Part shown: positions 9,338 through 19,019 of the stretch, one piece after another
Layout: each line of letters starts with the position of its first letter
How positions within the stretch are numbered: position 1 is the stretch's first letter
Source of the DNA: a virus
Taxonomy: Duplodnaviria; Caudoviricetes
Reading direction: 5' to 3' (one strand)
Virus record (IMG/VR): IMGVR_UViG_3300023184_003282
Span: 1-47,755 of that record
Length of the DNA stretch: 47,755 nt
Program-made: the position numbers and the translations under genes
Notes under the pieces: model-generated
The model's input: only the letters and a program-made list of their open reading frames with translations
Database searches by the model: none
What the model was told of the DNA's origin: nothing

Positions 9338-9847
9338 ATGAAAAGATATTGTCAAGTAGAAAATAATCAAGTTATTGTATGTATGGAGTCACTACCCACA
9401 TCTTGGAAAAATATAACAAACTTTCATTTAGCATCGGATGATTTTGCTAGAGAAAATGGTTGGTATCCATGTGAAATAATAAATGATGGTAAAGAAGTTG
9501 TAGTATCATCTAGTTATGAAATAACAGAAGATAAAACGGTAAAAGAAATTATAATAACCAGAGATAAAAACGAAGAGGAAATACAACGAGAAAAAAATAA
9601 AACACAAAACGAACAATGGCGTATCGTGAGAAGTAAGAGGAATGATCTATTAACATACTCGGATAAACAAGTTACATCCGATAAGTGGGAATCCATGAGT
9701 TTAAATTTAAAAATGGCATGGAAAAACTACAGAACTTTATTACTCGATATACCGCAATCATTCTCCGATCCAGATTCGATAGTATGGCCCACATTCGAAG
9801 AAGAATATAAAAAGATAACGGATGTAAATATTAATAATACGATATAA
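9338..9847 (+). CDS. Phage tail (fibre) assembly chaperone
   Basis: C-terminal W..VR.KRN.LL..SD...W..YR..L.DIPQ....P..I.WP signature; directly follows a fibre gene. Confidence 0.85.
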   Translation: MKRYCQVENNQVIVCMESLPTSWKNITNFHLASDDFARENGWYPCEIINDGKEVVVSSSYEITEDKTVKEIIITRDKNEEEIQREKNKTQNEQWRIVRSKRNDLLTYSDKQVTSDKWESMSLNLKMAWKNYRTLLLDIPQSFSDPDSIVWPTFEEEYKKITDVNINNTI

Positions 9848-9863
9848 GTAGTTTTTATAAAAA

Positions 9864-12800
9864 ATGAGTTCCGTATCACAAAAATTATTAACGATTAGAC
9901 AAAAAAAATTAACATCATTACTTTATGTGTGGGGTGATAATTCAGATTCTCAAATTGGAAATAAAGGAGTACCTAACCAAGCCTCTCTGTTTCCGGTAAA
10001 TGTATCAGGCAATAATTCTTGGACATCTATTAGTACTGGATATTCACATACAGCCGCAATAAGAAGTGATGGTGCTCTTTTTACTTGGGGGAGTAATACT
10101 TCTGGTAGATTAGGAGATGGTACAACAGTTAGTAAATCGTCTCCCGTACAAATTGGAACTCCTTCATCATGGACATCGGTTGATGCTGGTCTTTCACATA
10201 CATTAGCAATAAGAAGTGATGGTGCTCTTTTTGCTTGGGGGTATAATAATGGTGGTAGATTAGGAGATGGTACAACAGTTAGTAAATCGTCTCCAGTACA
10301 AGTTGCATCTCCTTCATCATGGACATCGGTTTCTGCTGGAAATTCACATACATTAGCAATAAGAAGTGATGGTGCTCTTTTTGCTTGGGGTATTAATGGT
10401 TCTGGTAGATTAGGAGATGGTACAATAGTTAATAAATCCACTCCCGTACAAATTGCATCTCCTTCTTCTTGGACATCGGTTTCTGCTGGTGGTTCACATA
10501 CAGCCGCAATAAGAAGTGATGGTGCTCTTTTTACTTGGGGTAGTAATGGTTCTGGTAGATTAGGAGATGGTACAAATTATAGTAAATCATCTCCCGTACA
10601 AATTGCATCTCCTTCTTCTTGGACGTCGGTTTCTGCTGGTGGTTCACATACAACCGCAATAAGAAGTGATGGTGCTCTTTTTACTTGGGGTCTTAATACT
10701 TTTGGTAGATTAGGAGATGGTACAACAGTTAGTAAATCGTCTCCCGTACAAATTGGAACTCCTTCATCATGGACATCGGTTGATGCTGGTCTTTCACATA
10801 CATTAGCAATAAGAAGTGATGGTGCTCTTTTTGCTTGGGGGTATAATAATGGTGGTAGATTAGGAGATGGTACAATAGTTAGTAAATCCTCTCCCGTACA
10901 AATTGCATCTTCTTCATCATGGACATCGGTTAGTGCTGGACTGGCACATACATTAGCAATAAGAAGCGATGGTACTCTTTTTACTTGTGGTGCCGGCATT
11001 GCTACTGGTAGATATTCAAGTATTGTTACACCCGCTAAATTAAATAATACATATTGGAAAAGTTTAAGCATATCACAACATGCAGCTGGAGTAACTACTA
11101 ATGGAAAACTTTTTACTTGGGGTAGAAATTTGGAGGGTCAATTGGGAGATAATACTAATGTAGATAAAATTACTCCGACTGAAGTTCCATCGGTATTTCC
11201 AGGATTTTCTAAAATAAAAATATCCGCCGCAATAAGAAATGATGGTGCTCTTTTTTCTTGGGGGAGTAATTCTGACGGCCAATTAGGAGATGGTACAGTA
11301 ATTTATAGATCATCTCCAGTACAAATTGGAACTTCTTCTTGGACCTCTGTTGATGCTGGAGATAGACATACATTAGCAATAAGAAGTGATGGAAGACTTT
11401 TTGCTTGGGGTCATAATACTACCGGTCATTTAGGACTTGGAGATACTGTTTATAGATCATCTCCCGTACAAGTTGGAACTTCATCTTGGACATCGGTTTC
11501 TTCTGGATATAAAAGTACAACCGCAATAAGAAGTGATGGAAAGCTTTTTACTTGGGGGCGAAATTCTTTTGGCCAATTAGGAGATGGTACAGTAATTTAT
11601 AGATCATCTCCAGTACAAATTGGAACTTCATCTTGGACATCGGTTGATGCTGGTCTTTCACATACAGCCGCAATAAGAAGTGATGGAAAGCTTTTTACTT
11701 GGGGGCTAAATGATGATGGTAGAATAGGAGATGGTACACTAATTTACAGATCATCTCCCGTACAAATTGGAACTTCATCTTGGACATCGGTTTCTGGTGG
11801 ATTTAGACATACAGCCGCAATAAGAAGTGATGGTGCTCTTTTTGCTTGGGGTAGTAATTCTTTCGGTCGATTAGGAGATGGTACAACAGTTAGTAAATCC
11901 TCTCCCGTAAAAGTTGGAGCTTCATCATGGACATCTGTTAGTGCTGGAGTATATCATACAGCCGCAATAAGAAAAGATAGTGCTCTTTTTGCTTGGGGTA
12001 ATAATGGTTCTGGTCAATTGGGAGATGGTACAATAGGTAATAAATCCTCTCCCGTACAAGTTGCATCTCCTTCATCATGGACATCGGTTGATGCTGGTCC
12101 TTCACATACAGCCGCAATAAGAAGTGATGGTGCTCTTTTTTCTTGGGGGTATAATAAATCTGGTAGATTAGGAGATGGTACAGTAATTTATAGATCATCT
12201 CCCGTACAAATTGGAATAGGTCTTACTGGGTGGAATCAAGCTAATGTTGGACCAAAACATACCACAGCAATAACAACTGATGGAAAACTTTTTACTTGGG
12301 GGTATAATAATAATGGTCAATTGGGAGATAATAATACACCTTATAATAAATCATCCCCCGTTCAGCTCGGAACATCATCTTGGACATCTGCTGGCGCATA
12401 CACAGCAATAAGAAAAGATGGTGCTCTTTTTACTTGGGGGGCTAATAACTATGGTCAATTGGGTAGCAATATCTCCGACTCAATATTACCTTCAAGATCA
12501 TCTCCAGTACAAGTTGGAGCTTCATCATGGACAGCTGTTAGTGAAGGCACCTTCCATAGAGCAGCAATAAGAAAAGATGGTGCTCTTTTTACTTGGGGGA
12601 ATAATGGTTCTGGTCGATTGGGTAGCAATAACGACGAATTGACATTGCCTTCAAGATCATCTCCCGTACAAATTGCATCTCCTTCTTCATGGACATCTGT
12701 TAGTGCTGGAGATATAAATACATTAGCAATAAGAAGTGATGGTAATCTTTTTACTTGGGGGAATAATGCTCTTGGTCAATTAGGTTTAGGGGATGGTGTA

Positions 12801-14123
12801 TATAGATCCTCTCCAACAGCCGTTTATTCTAATATATTTGGTAATAAAGTTATAGCGAGTTCTAGTATCAAAACTACATTCTCAATAAGAAGTGATGGTG
12901 CTCTTTTTGCTTGGGGTAAAAATAGTTTTGGTCAATTGGGAGATGGTACAATAGTTAGTAAATCGTATCCTGTACAAATTGGAACTTCGTCATGGACATC
13001 GGTTAGTGCTGGTGGTTCACATACAGTAGCAATAAGAAGTGATGGTGCTCTTTTTACTTGGGGGAATAATGCTTCTGGTCAATTAGGAGATGGTACAATA
13101 GTTAGTAAATCGTATCCTGTACAAATTGGAACTTCTTCATGGACATCTGTTAGTGCTGGAGATACAAATACATTAGCAATAAGGTTAGATGGAAAACTTT
13201 TTGCTTGGGGGAATAATGGTTCTGGTCGATTAGGAGATGGTACAATAATTAATAAATCCTCTCCCGTACAAATTGCACCTACTTCATCATGGACATCGGT
13301 TGATGCTGGTGAGTCACATACATTAGCAATAAGAAGTGATGGAAAACTTTTTGCTTGGGGGGCTAATGACTTTGGTCAATTAGGAGATGGTACACGATAT
13401 AATAATAAATCGTCTCCCGTAACAGTTGGAACGGGAACTTCATCTTGGACATCGGTTTCTGCTGGAACCGTACATACAGCCGCAATAAGAAGTGATGGAA
13501 AGCTTTTTACTTGGGGGTGTAATGATGATGGTAGATTAGGAGATGGTACAAAAACTTATAGATCGTCTCCTGTAACAGTTGGAACGGGAACTTCATCATG
13601 GACAGCTGTTAGTGCTGGTGGTTCACATACATTAGCAATAAGAAAAGATGGAAAACTTTTTGCTTGGGGTGGTGGTGCCTTCGGACCAACTACATCCACT
13701 AGAGGGGCAATCGGCGATGGGTTTGATGTCCCAAGATCGTCTCCCGTAACAGTTGGAGCTGGAACTTCATCATGGACAGCTGTTAGTGCTGGTCTATACG
13801 ATTCAACCGCAATAAGGTTAGATGGAAAGCTTTTTACTTGGGGGTATAATAATAATGGTCAATTAGGAGATGGTACAATAGATAATAAATCGTCTCCCGT
13901 ACAGATTTCTTCATTTTTGCCATCATTATCAACAATTAAATCTGGATATAATCATACGTTATTGACAAATAGCAACGGAAAACTTTTTGCTTGGGGACGT
14001 AACCACGTTGGTCAATTGGGAGATGGTACCCGTATAGATAGATTAGCTCCCGTACAAATTGGTATATCATCATGGTCATCTGTTTTTGCTGGCGGAAATA
14101 ATTCAGGAGCAATAAATACATAA
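9864..14123 (+). CDS. RCC1/BLIP-II repeat protein with 28 repeats (four 7-bladed propellers); putative receptor-binding virion protein
   Basis: 28 LFxWGxNxxGxLG-type motifs counted (a few degenerate), with units of about 49-50 aa (SWTSVSAGxxHTxAIRSDG). Confidence 0.92.
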   Translation: MSSVSQKLLTIRQKKLTSLLYVWGDNSDSQIGNKGVPNQASLFPVNVSGNNSWTSISTGYSHTAAIRSDGALFTWGSNTSGRLGDGTTVSKSSPVQIGTPSSWTSVDAGLSHTLAIRSDGALFAWGYNNGGRLGDGTTVSKSSPVQVASPSSWTSVSAGNSHTLAIRSDGALFAWGINGSGRLGDGTIVNKSTPVQIASPSSWTSVSAGGSHTAAIRSDGALFTWGSNGSGRLGDGTNYSKSSPVQIASPSSWTSVSAGGSHTTAIRSDGALFTWGLNTFGRLGDGTTVSKSSPVQIGTPSSWTSVDAGLSHTLAIRSDGALFAWGYNNGGRLGDGTIVSKSSPVQIASSSSWTSVSAGLAHTLAIRSDGTLFTCGAGIATGRYSSIVTPAKLNNTYWKSLSISQHAAGVTTNGKLFTWGRNLEGQLGDNTNVDKITPTEVPSVFPGFSKIKISAAIRNDGALFSWGSNSDGQLGDGTVIYRSSPVQIGTSSWTSVDAGDRHTLAIRSDGRLFAWGHNTTGHLGLGDTVYRSSPVQVGTSSWTSVSSGYKSTTAIRSDGKLFTWGRNSFGQLGDGTVIYRSSPVQIGTSSWTSVDAGLSHTAAIRSDGKLFTWGLNDDGRIGDGTLIYRSSPVQIGTSSWTSVSGGFRHTAAIRSDGALFAWGSNSFGRLGDGTTVSKSSPVKVGASSWTSVSAGVYHTAAIRKDSALFAWGNNGSGQLGDGTIGNKSSPVQVASPSSWTSVDAGPSHTAAIRSDGALFSWGYNKSGRLGDGTVIYRSSPVQIGIGLTGWNQANVGPKHTTAITTDGKLFTWGYNNNGQLGDNNTPYNKSSPVQLGTSSWTSAGAYTAIRKDGALFTWGANNYGQLGSNISDSILPSRSSPVQVGASSWTAVSEGTFHRAAIRKDGALFTWGNNGSGRLGSNNDELTLPSRSSPVQIASPSSWTSVSAGDINTLAIRSDGNLFTWGNNALGQLGLGDGVYRSSPTAVYSNIFGNKVIASSSIKTTFSIRSDGALFAWGKNSFGQLGDGTIVSKSYPVQIGTSSWTSVSAGGSHTVAIRSDGALFTWGNNASGQLGDGTIVSKSYPVQIGTSSWTSVSAGDTNTLAIRLDGKLFAWGNNGSGRLGDGTIINKSSPVQIAPTSSWTSVDAGESHTLAIRSDGKLFAWGANDFGQLGDGTRYNNKSSPVTVGTGTSSWTSVSAGTVHTAAIRSDGKLFTWGCNDDGRLGDGTKTYRSSPVTVGTGTSSWTAVSAGGSHTLAIRKDGKLFAWGGGAFGPTTSTRGAIGDGFDVPRSSPVTVGAGTSSWTAVSAGLYDSTAIRLDGKLFTWGYNNNGQLGDGTIDNKSSPVQISSFLPSLSTIKSGYNHTLLTNSNGKLFAWGRNHVGQLGDGTRIDRLAPVQIGISSWSSVFAGGNNSGAINT

Positions 14124-14124
14124 T

Positions 14125-14994
14125 ATGTCTGTAATACCTAATAGATTTCACGGAAGTACAACTTTTAATTCAAAAATTAGAAGCTATGACCATTTGGGTC
14201 AGAGAGTAAGAAGAACTCTTGGCGAACCATTAATCGAGATAGAGGTTAGTAGCGAACAAATGTATGAGTTCATTGATATTGCTATAGAATGGTTTACTAA
14301 ATTCTCAGGCGTCACGGAAGAATATTTAATATTCAGATCTGATTTATATCAACGTGGCGTTGGATTGAAGATAGATAAATTATTCAGCGTAACACCGGAA
14401 ATGTATAATTCTGATGATACTACAAATCCATCACTAAGTGCTGGATATGACTTTGACATGGATGATTATAGAAAAGTTGTTGATGTATTTTCAATAGAAC
14501 AAGGAAACACAAGTGGAGTTAATACATTATTTACTATTGAAAATACAATAGCACAACAAGCATATTTCGGTCATTTATTGGGTAATGTGGGGTATGATTT
14601 AATAACATGGCATTCCCTAAAAGAGTGGTTGGATACTAGAGAAAAATTATTAGCATTAAAACCATACTTTAGATTTAATCCAGACACTCAAATATTAAAA
14701 TTAATACCAGAACCCAATCAATCCATGACATATTTTGGATTAGTGGGATGTAAAGTTCAAAAACCAATAAGAGATCTCGTATCCCAACTTTGGGTGTTCA
14801 GGTATGTATCAGCATTAACAAAAATACAAATGGGGCATACTAGAGGCAAATATGGGGGTACTATTGTTTTTGGGGGTCAGAGTATAAATTATCAAGATGT
14901 AATGTCTCAAGGTTTAAAAGAAAAAGATGAACTTGAAAAAGAATTGATGACAAATTATGTAGATTCGGATCCCGTTAGATTCTTTGTCGGTTGA
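14125..14994 (+). CDS. gp13: T4 gp13-like neck protein
   Basis: Motifs RRTLGEPLIEIEV..EQ...ID.AI.WF, GKYGG..FGG..IN and a C-terminal P..FFVG. Confidence 0.85.
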   Translation: MSVIPNRFHGSTTFNSKIRSYDHLGQRVRRTLGEPLIEIEVSSEQMYEFIDIAIEWFTKFSGVTEEYLIFRSDLYQRGVGLKIDKLFSVTPEMYNSDDTTNPSLSAGYDFDMDDYRKVVDVFSIEQGNTSGVNTLFTIENTIAQQAYFGHLLGNVGYDLITWHSLKEWLDTREKLLALKPYFRFNPDTQILKLIPEPNQSMTYFGLVGCKVQKPIRDLVSQLWVFRYVSALTKIQMGHTRGKYGGTIVFGGQSINYQDVMSQGLKEKDELEKELMTNYVDSDPVRFFVG

Positions 14995-15010
14995 CCAAGA
15001 ACTAATTTAA

Positions 15011-15466
15011 ATGAAACCAAGCGGTAAAAATAAAAATTTTGTACAAGGAAAGTTTAATCCTAAAAATATAGAAAAATATAAGGGAACATTTCCGATATTA
15101 TATAGAAGTTCTTTAGAATTGAAATCCTTTCGATGGATGGATAATAATCCAAACATATTAAAATGGACTTCAGAAACTATTATTATTCCATATACATCAC
15201 CCGCAGACGGAAAACTTCATAGATATTTTGTAGATCTTTCATGCGAAATGAAAATGAAAGATAATACTATAAAAAAATTATTAATAGAGGTAAAACCAGA
15301 AAAACAAACTCGGTTACCCATAGAATCTACGCGGAAGAAGAAAAAAACAATTTTATACGAAAGGTACCACTATGCAGTTAATTGTGCGAAGTGGGAAGCA
15401 GCTAAAAAATGGTCTTTAATTAAAGGATATACGTTTTTAATATTAACAGAAAAACATTTATCTTAA
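15011..15466 (+). CDS. gp4: T4 gp4-like head completion nuclease (TnsA-like PD-(D/E)xK fold)
   Basis: Motifs QGKFNPKN.EKYKG, YRSSLE, W.SE...IPY.SP.D.K.HRYFVD, IEVKP and N.AKWEAA. Confidence 0.9.
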   Translation: MKPSGKNKNFVQGKFNPKNIEKYKGTFPILYRSSLELKSFRWMDNNPNILKWTSETIIIPYTSPADGKLHRYFVDLSCEMKMKDNTIKKLLIEVKPEKQTRLPIESTRKKKKTILYERYHYAVNCAKWEAAKKWSLIKGYTFLILTEKHLS

Positions 15467-15510
15467 TAATTTTGATGAAATTGAATAGTTATTGAATAAG
15501 TAAATAATAT

Positions 15511-16182
15511 ATGTCGAATAATGTGTATAAACTCTTGGTCGAAGAACCAACATACGAAGTAAAATACCTGATTGAAGAACAAAATCGAAATGCTCCGTCT
15601 ACCATGTTTATTAAAGGACCGTTTTTAATGGCAAATGAAGCCAATAGAAACAAAAGAGTTTATCCACTAGAAGAAATGGTAAGAGAAGTTTCTCGTTATG
15701 ACAAAGAGATGATTAAACAGAATAGAGCTACGGGAGAATTAAATCATCCACAATCACCAGAGATCAATTTGGAAAGAGCTTGCCACATGGTAACAGAACT
15801 TACTCAAGATGGAAATATATTTACCGGTAAATCAAAAATCCTTTCCACTCCAGTAGGTCTGGTTGTACGTTCATTGATTATGGATGGTGTTAAGCTCGGT
15901 GTATCATCTAGAGCATTGGGCAGAGTCGATTCCGATAAAGGAATTAATAGAGTTTCAGATTTTAGATTGGTTGCAGTTGACGTAGTAGCAGACCCATCAG
16001 TACCTACAGCATTCGTAAATGGCATCCTAGAGTCGAAACAATGGGTTCTTATGGATAGTGGAGAATTTGAACCAGTATACGAACAATTCGAAAAAAGAAT
16101 TTCTAATTTACCAAAAATTAATAAAGATCAATATTTAAAAGAACAAATTATTAATTTTATTAATTCGCTAAAAACAATCTAA
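15511..16182 (+). CDS. gp21: Prohead core protease, T4 gp21-like
   Basis: Motifs NRNKRVYP, GELNHP, LGVSSRALG and DVVADPS. Confidence 0.93.
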   Translation: MSNNVYKLLVEEPTYEVKYLIEEQNRNAPSTMFIKGPFLMANEANRNKRVYPLEEMVREVSRYDKEMIKQNRATGELNHPQSPEINLERACHMVTELTQDGNIFTGKSKILSTPVGLVVRSLIMDGVKLGVSSRALGRVDSDKGINRVSDFRLVAVDVVADPSVPTAFVNGILESKQWVLMDSGEFEPVYEQFEKRISNLPKINKDQYLKEQIINFINSLKTI

Positions 16183-16183
16183 G

Positions 16184-16191
16184 TATAAATA
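16184..16191 (+). promoter_or_regulatory. T4-type late promoter
   Basis: Exact TATAAATA 5 nt upstream of ATG 16197. Confidence 0.6.
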
Positions 16192-16196
16192 TAGTT

Positions 16197-16529
16197 ATGA
16201 AAATGAAATCTTTCAAAGTAAAAGGAAAACCAGCAAAAAAAAGAGGAACTCCCGTCCCTCCAACTAAAATAATGAAATCTAAAAAAACTTACAACAAAAA
16301 AAATAAAAAAGATGTTGAATGTATGGAAGATTCCGTAAATATTAGATCTTTATTGTCTAAATTCGTAACAAACATTTTTGAAAAAAATTACGCTGAAGCT
16401 AATTCAACACTAAACGATGTTATCACAGAAAAAATGAAAAACAAAATCAAAAAGACTATCGCAAATAAAGAAAAGCATAGTAAATGTGATGAATGTGAAA
16501 ATAAAGTAAAAAAAGTTGTTAAAAAGTAA
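16197..16529 (+). CDS. Basic protein with a probable prohead core (gp67-like) helical region
   Basis: Lies between the protease and scaffold genes; the helical segment FVTNIFEKNYAEANSTLNDVITEKMKNKI resembles small prohead core proteins; Lys-rich N-terminus. Confidence 0.5.
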   Translation: MKMKSFKVKGKPAKKRGTPVPPTKIMKSKKTYNKKNKKDVECMEDSVNIRSLLSKFVTNIFEKNYAEANSTLNDVITEKMKNKIKKTIANKEKHSKCDECENKVKKVVKK

Positions 16530-16563
16530 CAACTCAAGGATAAGTTATTATATATAAAATTTT

Positions 16564-17472
16564 ATGGATGTAAAATCACTATTAGAAAAATTGGATTCTT
16601 CTATTATTTCCGAAGAAGTAGCTAAAGAAATAGCAGAAGCATTTGAAACCGCCGTTAATGAAAAAGTGGAAGCAAGAGCATCCCTTCAATTAGAAAAGGC
16701 ATTATCACATCAAGACGATGATCACGCTGAAAAACTTAAAAAACTTTTAGAAGCAATTGATACTGATCATAGTGATAAACTTCAAAAGGTAGTTAATTCC
16801 ATTAATGAGAACCATACTACAAAATTGGAACAGTTAGTTTCATTTTACCGCAAAGCATTAAACGAAAAAGCAGAAAACTTTTCTAAGAAAATCATCAACG
16901 AGCTTAGTACATATCTAGATCTTTATATTGATAAATTAGTACCAGCTGATCAATTGCATGAAGCAGTTGAAAACGTTTATGCTAAAAAACAACTTGATGA
17001 GATTCGCAAATTGGTTGGTATCGATGCAAGTTTTGTTAATAAACAAATTAAAAACACACTTTCAGAAGGAAAATCTATTATTGATGATTTGAATTCAAAA
17101 TTGAATGAATCCAATAAAGAAAAACAAGAACTTTTAGAAAAAGTTCAAATAATTGAAGCTAACATGATTCTTGAGCAAAGAACAAAAAACATGATTAAAG
17201 CTAAAAAAGATTTCGTCGTTAAATTGTTGGGAGATAAATCCCAATCATACATCGAAGAAAATTTTAACTACGTAGTTGAGATGTTCGACGCTGGTGAAGA
17301 AGAAAAAACAACAGGGTTAGTCGCTGAAGCTAAACAGAACGCATTTAGTCGTAATGTTAAGGTTCCGACCTCTGTAATTTCCGAATCAAACACCAGTTCT
17401 AATCAAAGCACAGCTTTGGTTGGCGGATATCTGAGTGAATTAAAAAAATCAGAAGGGTATGCTAAAAAGTAA
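16564..17472 (+). CDS. gp22: Prohead scaffold protein, T4 gp22-like
   Basis: Acidic coiled coil with FETAVNEKV and ELSTYLDLYID motifs, directly upstream of the major capsid gene. Confidence 0.8.
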   Translation: MDVKSLLEKLDSSIISEEVAKEIAEAFETAVNEKVEARASLQLEKALSHQDDDHAEKLKKLLEAIDTDHSDKLQKVVNSINENHTTKLEQLVSFYRKALNEKAENFSKKIINELSTYLDLYIDKLVPADQLHEAVENVYAKKQLDEIRKLVGIDASFVNKQIKNTLSEGKSIIDDLNSKLNESNKEKQELLEKVQIIEANMILEQRTKNMIKAKKDFVVKLLGDKSQSYIEENFNYVVEMFDAGEEEKTTGLVAEAKQNAFSRNVKVPTSVISESNTSSNQSTALVGGYLSELKKSEGYAKK

Positions 17473-17533
17473 TTTTTAAATATCTTATGACTTTATTTAA
17501 TTCGTATCTATCAATAGAAGGAACAAAACAAAT

Positions 17534-18991
17534 ATGAAAACCGTAAATCCCGCAGTAGGTTACATTGACCGTTCTCGTGCGTCACAGCTCGTAGAAAAAT
17601 GGGCACCAGTTCTCGATTACTCATCCGATAAGGTTGTACCAATCGAAGACGAACATGCTCGTTTAACTACAGCTATTTTGATGGAAAACCAAGAGCGTTG
17701 GTGTATCGAAGAAGCTGGTAATACAGCTGGTACATCTGGCGTTTTTGGTAACAATTCTGGTGGTCTTTATAACCCACCCGGATCTGTTAATTCCGGAGAT
17801 AACTATGCAACAGGAGATTCCCGCTTACCTAAGATTCTTATCCCAATGGTACGCAGAACTTTCCCTGAGCTTATCACAAACGAAATCGTTGGTGTTCAGC
17901 CAATGTCAGGCCCAGTAGGTTTAGCATTTGCCTTACGTTACCGCTATGAAGCAGATAGCCTCGGTGCCAACGGCCTCGACGGTTATGCTACTGGTGCCAC
18001 AAGCACATCAAACAGTGGTATTTCTCGTGCAAGTGCTGACGGTAAAGAACTCGGCTATCAATACTTGGATACACGATTCACTGGTACTTCAGCGACCTCA
18101 CTCTCCGGCCTCGGAGGTTCGGGTACTGATTTCCAGATGTTGGATGAGGATAAAGGCGTTGCCGCTATTCTCAATCAATTTGAATTGACCGGAAATATTC
18201 CTCAAGTTGTTGTTGAATTCAGCAAAACAGCTGTCGAAGCTGGCACACGCCGCCTCGCCGCACGTTGGTCTGTTGAATTGGAACAAGATTTGAAGAACAT
18301 GAATGGACTCGATATCGACAATGAACTCACTAACGCTATGTCTTATGAGCTTCAAGCCGAAATCGACCGTGAAATGGTCATGAGAATGGTTCAAGTTTGC
18401 TTAACAGCTGGTAGTGGAAATGGATATTCGTTCTGGTACGCTCAATCAGCCGACGCACGTTGGCTGGGTGAGAGAAACCGTGATTTCTACAGCAAGGTAA
18501 TTGTCGAAGCTAATCGCATCGCAATTCGTAACCGCCGTGGTAGTGCTAATTTCATTATCGCTACACCTCGCGTTTGCGCAATCCTTGAGATGTTACCTGA
18601 GTTTCAGTGGATGCCAGTAAACGGCAACGTAAACACACAACCAACCGGCATTGCCAAAGTTGGTAACTTGGGTGGACGTTTCACAGTTTACCGCGACACA
18701 CGTACAGACGCACAGTATCTAGATGGCAGACGCGCAGCCGCATTGGAATACGCATTACTTGGTTACAAAGGAACCGAATACTATGATACCGGTATTGTAT
18801 ATTGCCCATATATCCCTGTTATGATTCAACGCACAATTGGTCCAAACGACTTCTCTCCAAGAGTAGGTCTTATGACCCGTTACGGCGTAGTCGATCATAT
18901 ATTTGGCGCTAATTTATACTACCATACTATCATCGTTAAAGGTCTTGGTACCGATAATGTTGCTCAAGGCAATGGCAGACTCTACATGTAA
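17534..18991 (+). CDS. gp23: Major capsid protein, T4 gp23-like
   Basis: Motifs LVEKWAPVL, MVRRTFP.LI..EIVGVQPMSGP.GL.FALR, RRLAARWS.EL.QDL, EIDRE, YCPYIP and F.PR.G.MTRYG. Confidence 0.97.
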   Translation: MKTVNPAVGYIDRSRASQLVEKWAPVLDYSSDKVVPIEDEHARLTTAILMENQERWCIEEAGNTAGTSGVFGNNSGGLYNPPGSVNSGDNYATGDSRLPKILIPMVRRTFPELITNEIVGVQPMSGPVGLAFALRYRYEADSLGANGLDGYATGATSTSNSGISRASADGKELGYQYLDTRFTGTSATSLSGLGGSGTDFQMLDEDKGVAAILNQFELTGNIPQVVVEFSKTAVEAGTRRLAARWSVELEQDLKNMNGLDIDNELTNAMSYELQAEIDREMVMRMVQVCLTAGSGNGYSFWYAQSADARWLGERNRDFYSKVIVEANRIAIRNRRGSANFIIATPRVCAILEMLPEFQWMPVNGNVNTQPTGIAKVGNLGGRFTVYRDTRTDAQYLDGRRAAALEYALLGYKGTEYYDTGIVYCPYIPVMIQRTIGPNDFSPRVGLMTRYGVVDHIFGANLYYHTIIVKGLGTDNVAQGNGRLYM

Positions 18992-19019
18992 TACTACAGT
19001 AGCGCAAAGCTAACAAAAG

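Noticed and set aside
10015-13900. DGR-type AAY-to-NNY mutagenesis of RCC1 loops (many variable codons end in T)
   Set aside because: The adjacent aat (Asn) is nearly invariant, no template repeat or RT is seen, and third-position T is expected from the AT bias.
287-13936. Antisense ORFs (287-568, 8819-9133, 9950-10441, 10577-11071 and others)
   Set aside because: They are shadows of the + strand genes; they repeat only because the sense gene repeats.
8238-14000. CRISPR array
   Set aside because: The repeat periods are multiples of 3 inside open frames, there are no unique spacers, and there are no cas genes.
15011-15466. Tn7 TnsA transposase
   Set aside because: The motifs and head-gene context fit T4 gp4; there are no tnsB/C genes or transposon ends.
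17928-18394. Alternative-frame ORFs inside the capsid gene
   Set aside because: Higher GC lowers stop frequency here; no recognisable motifs or start signals.
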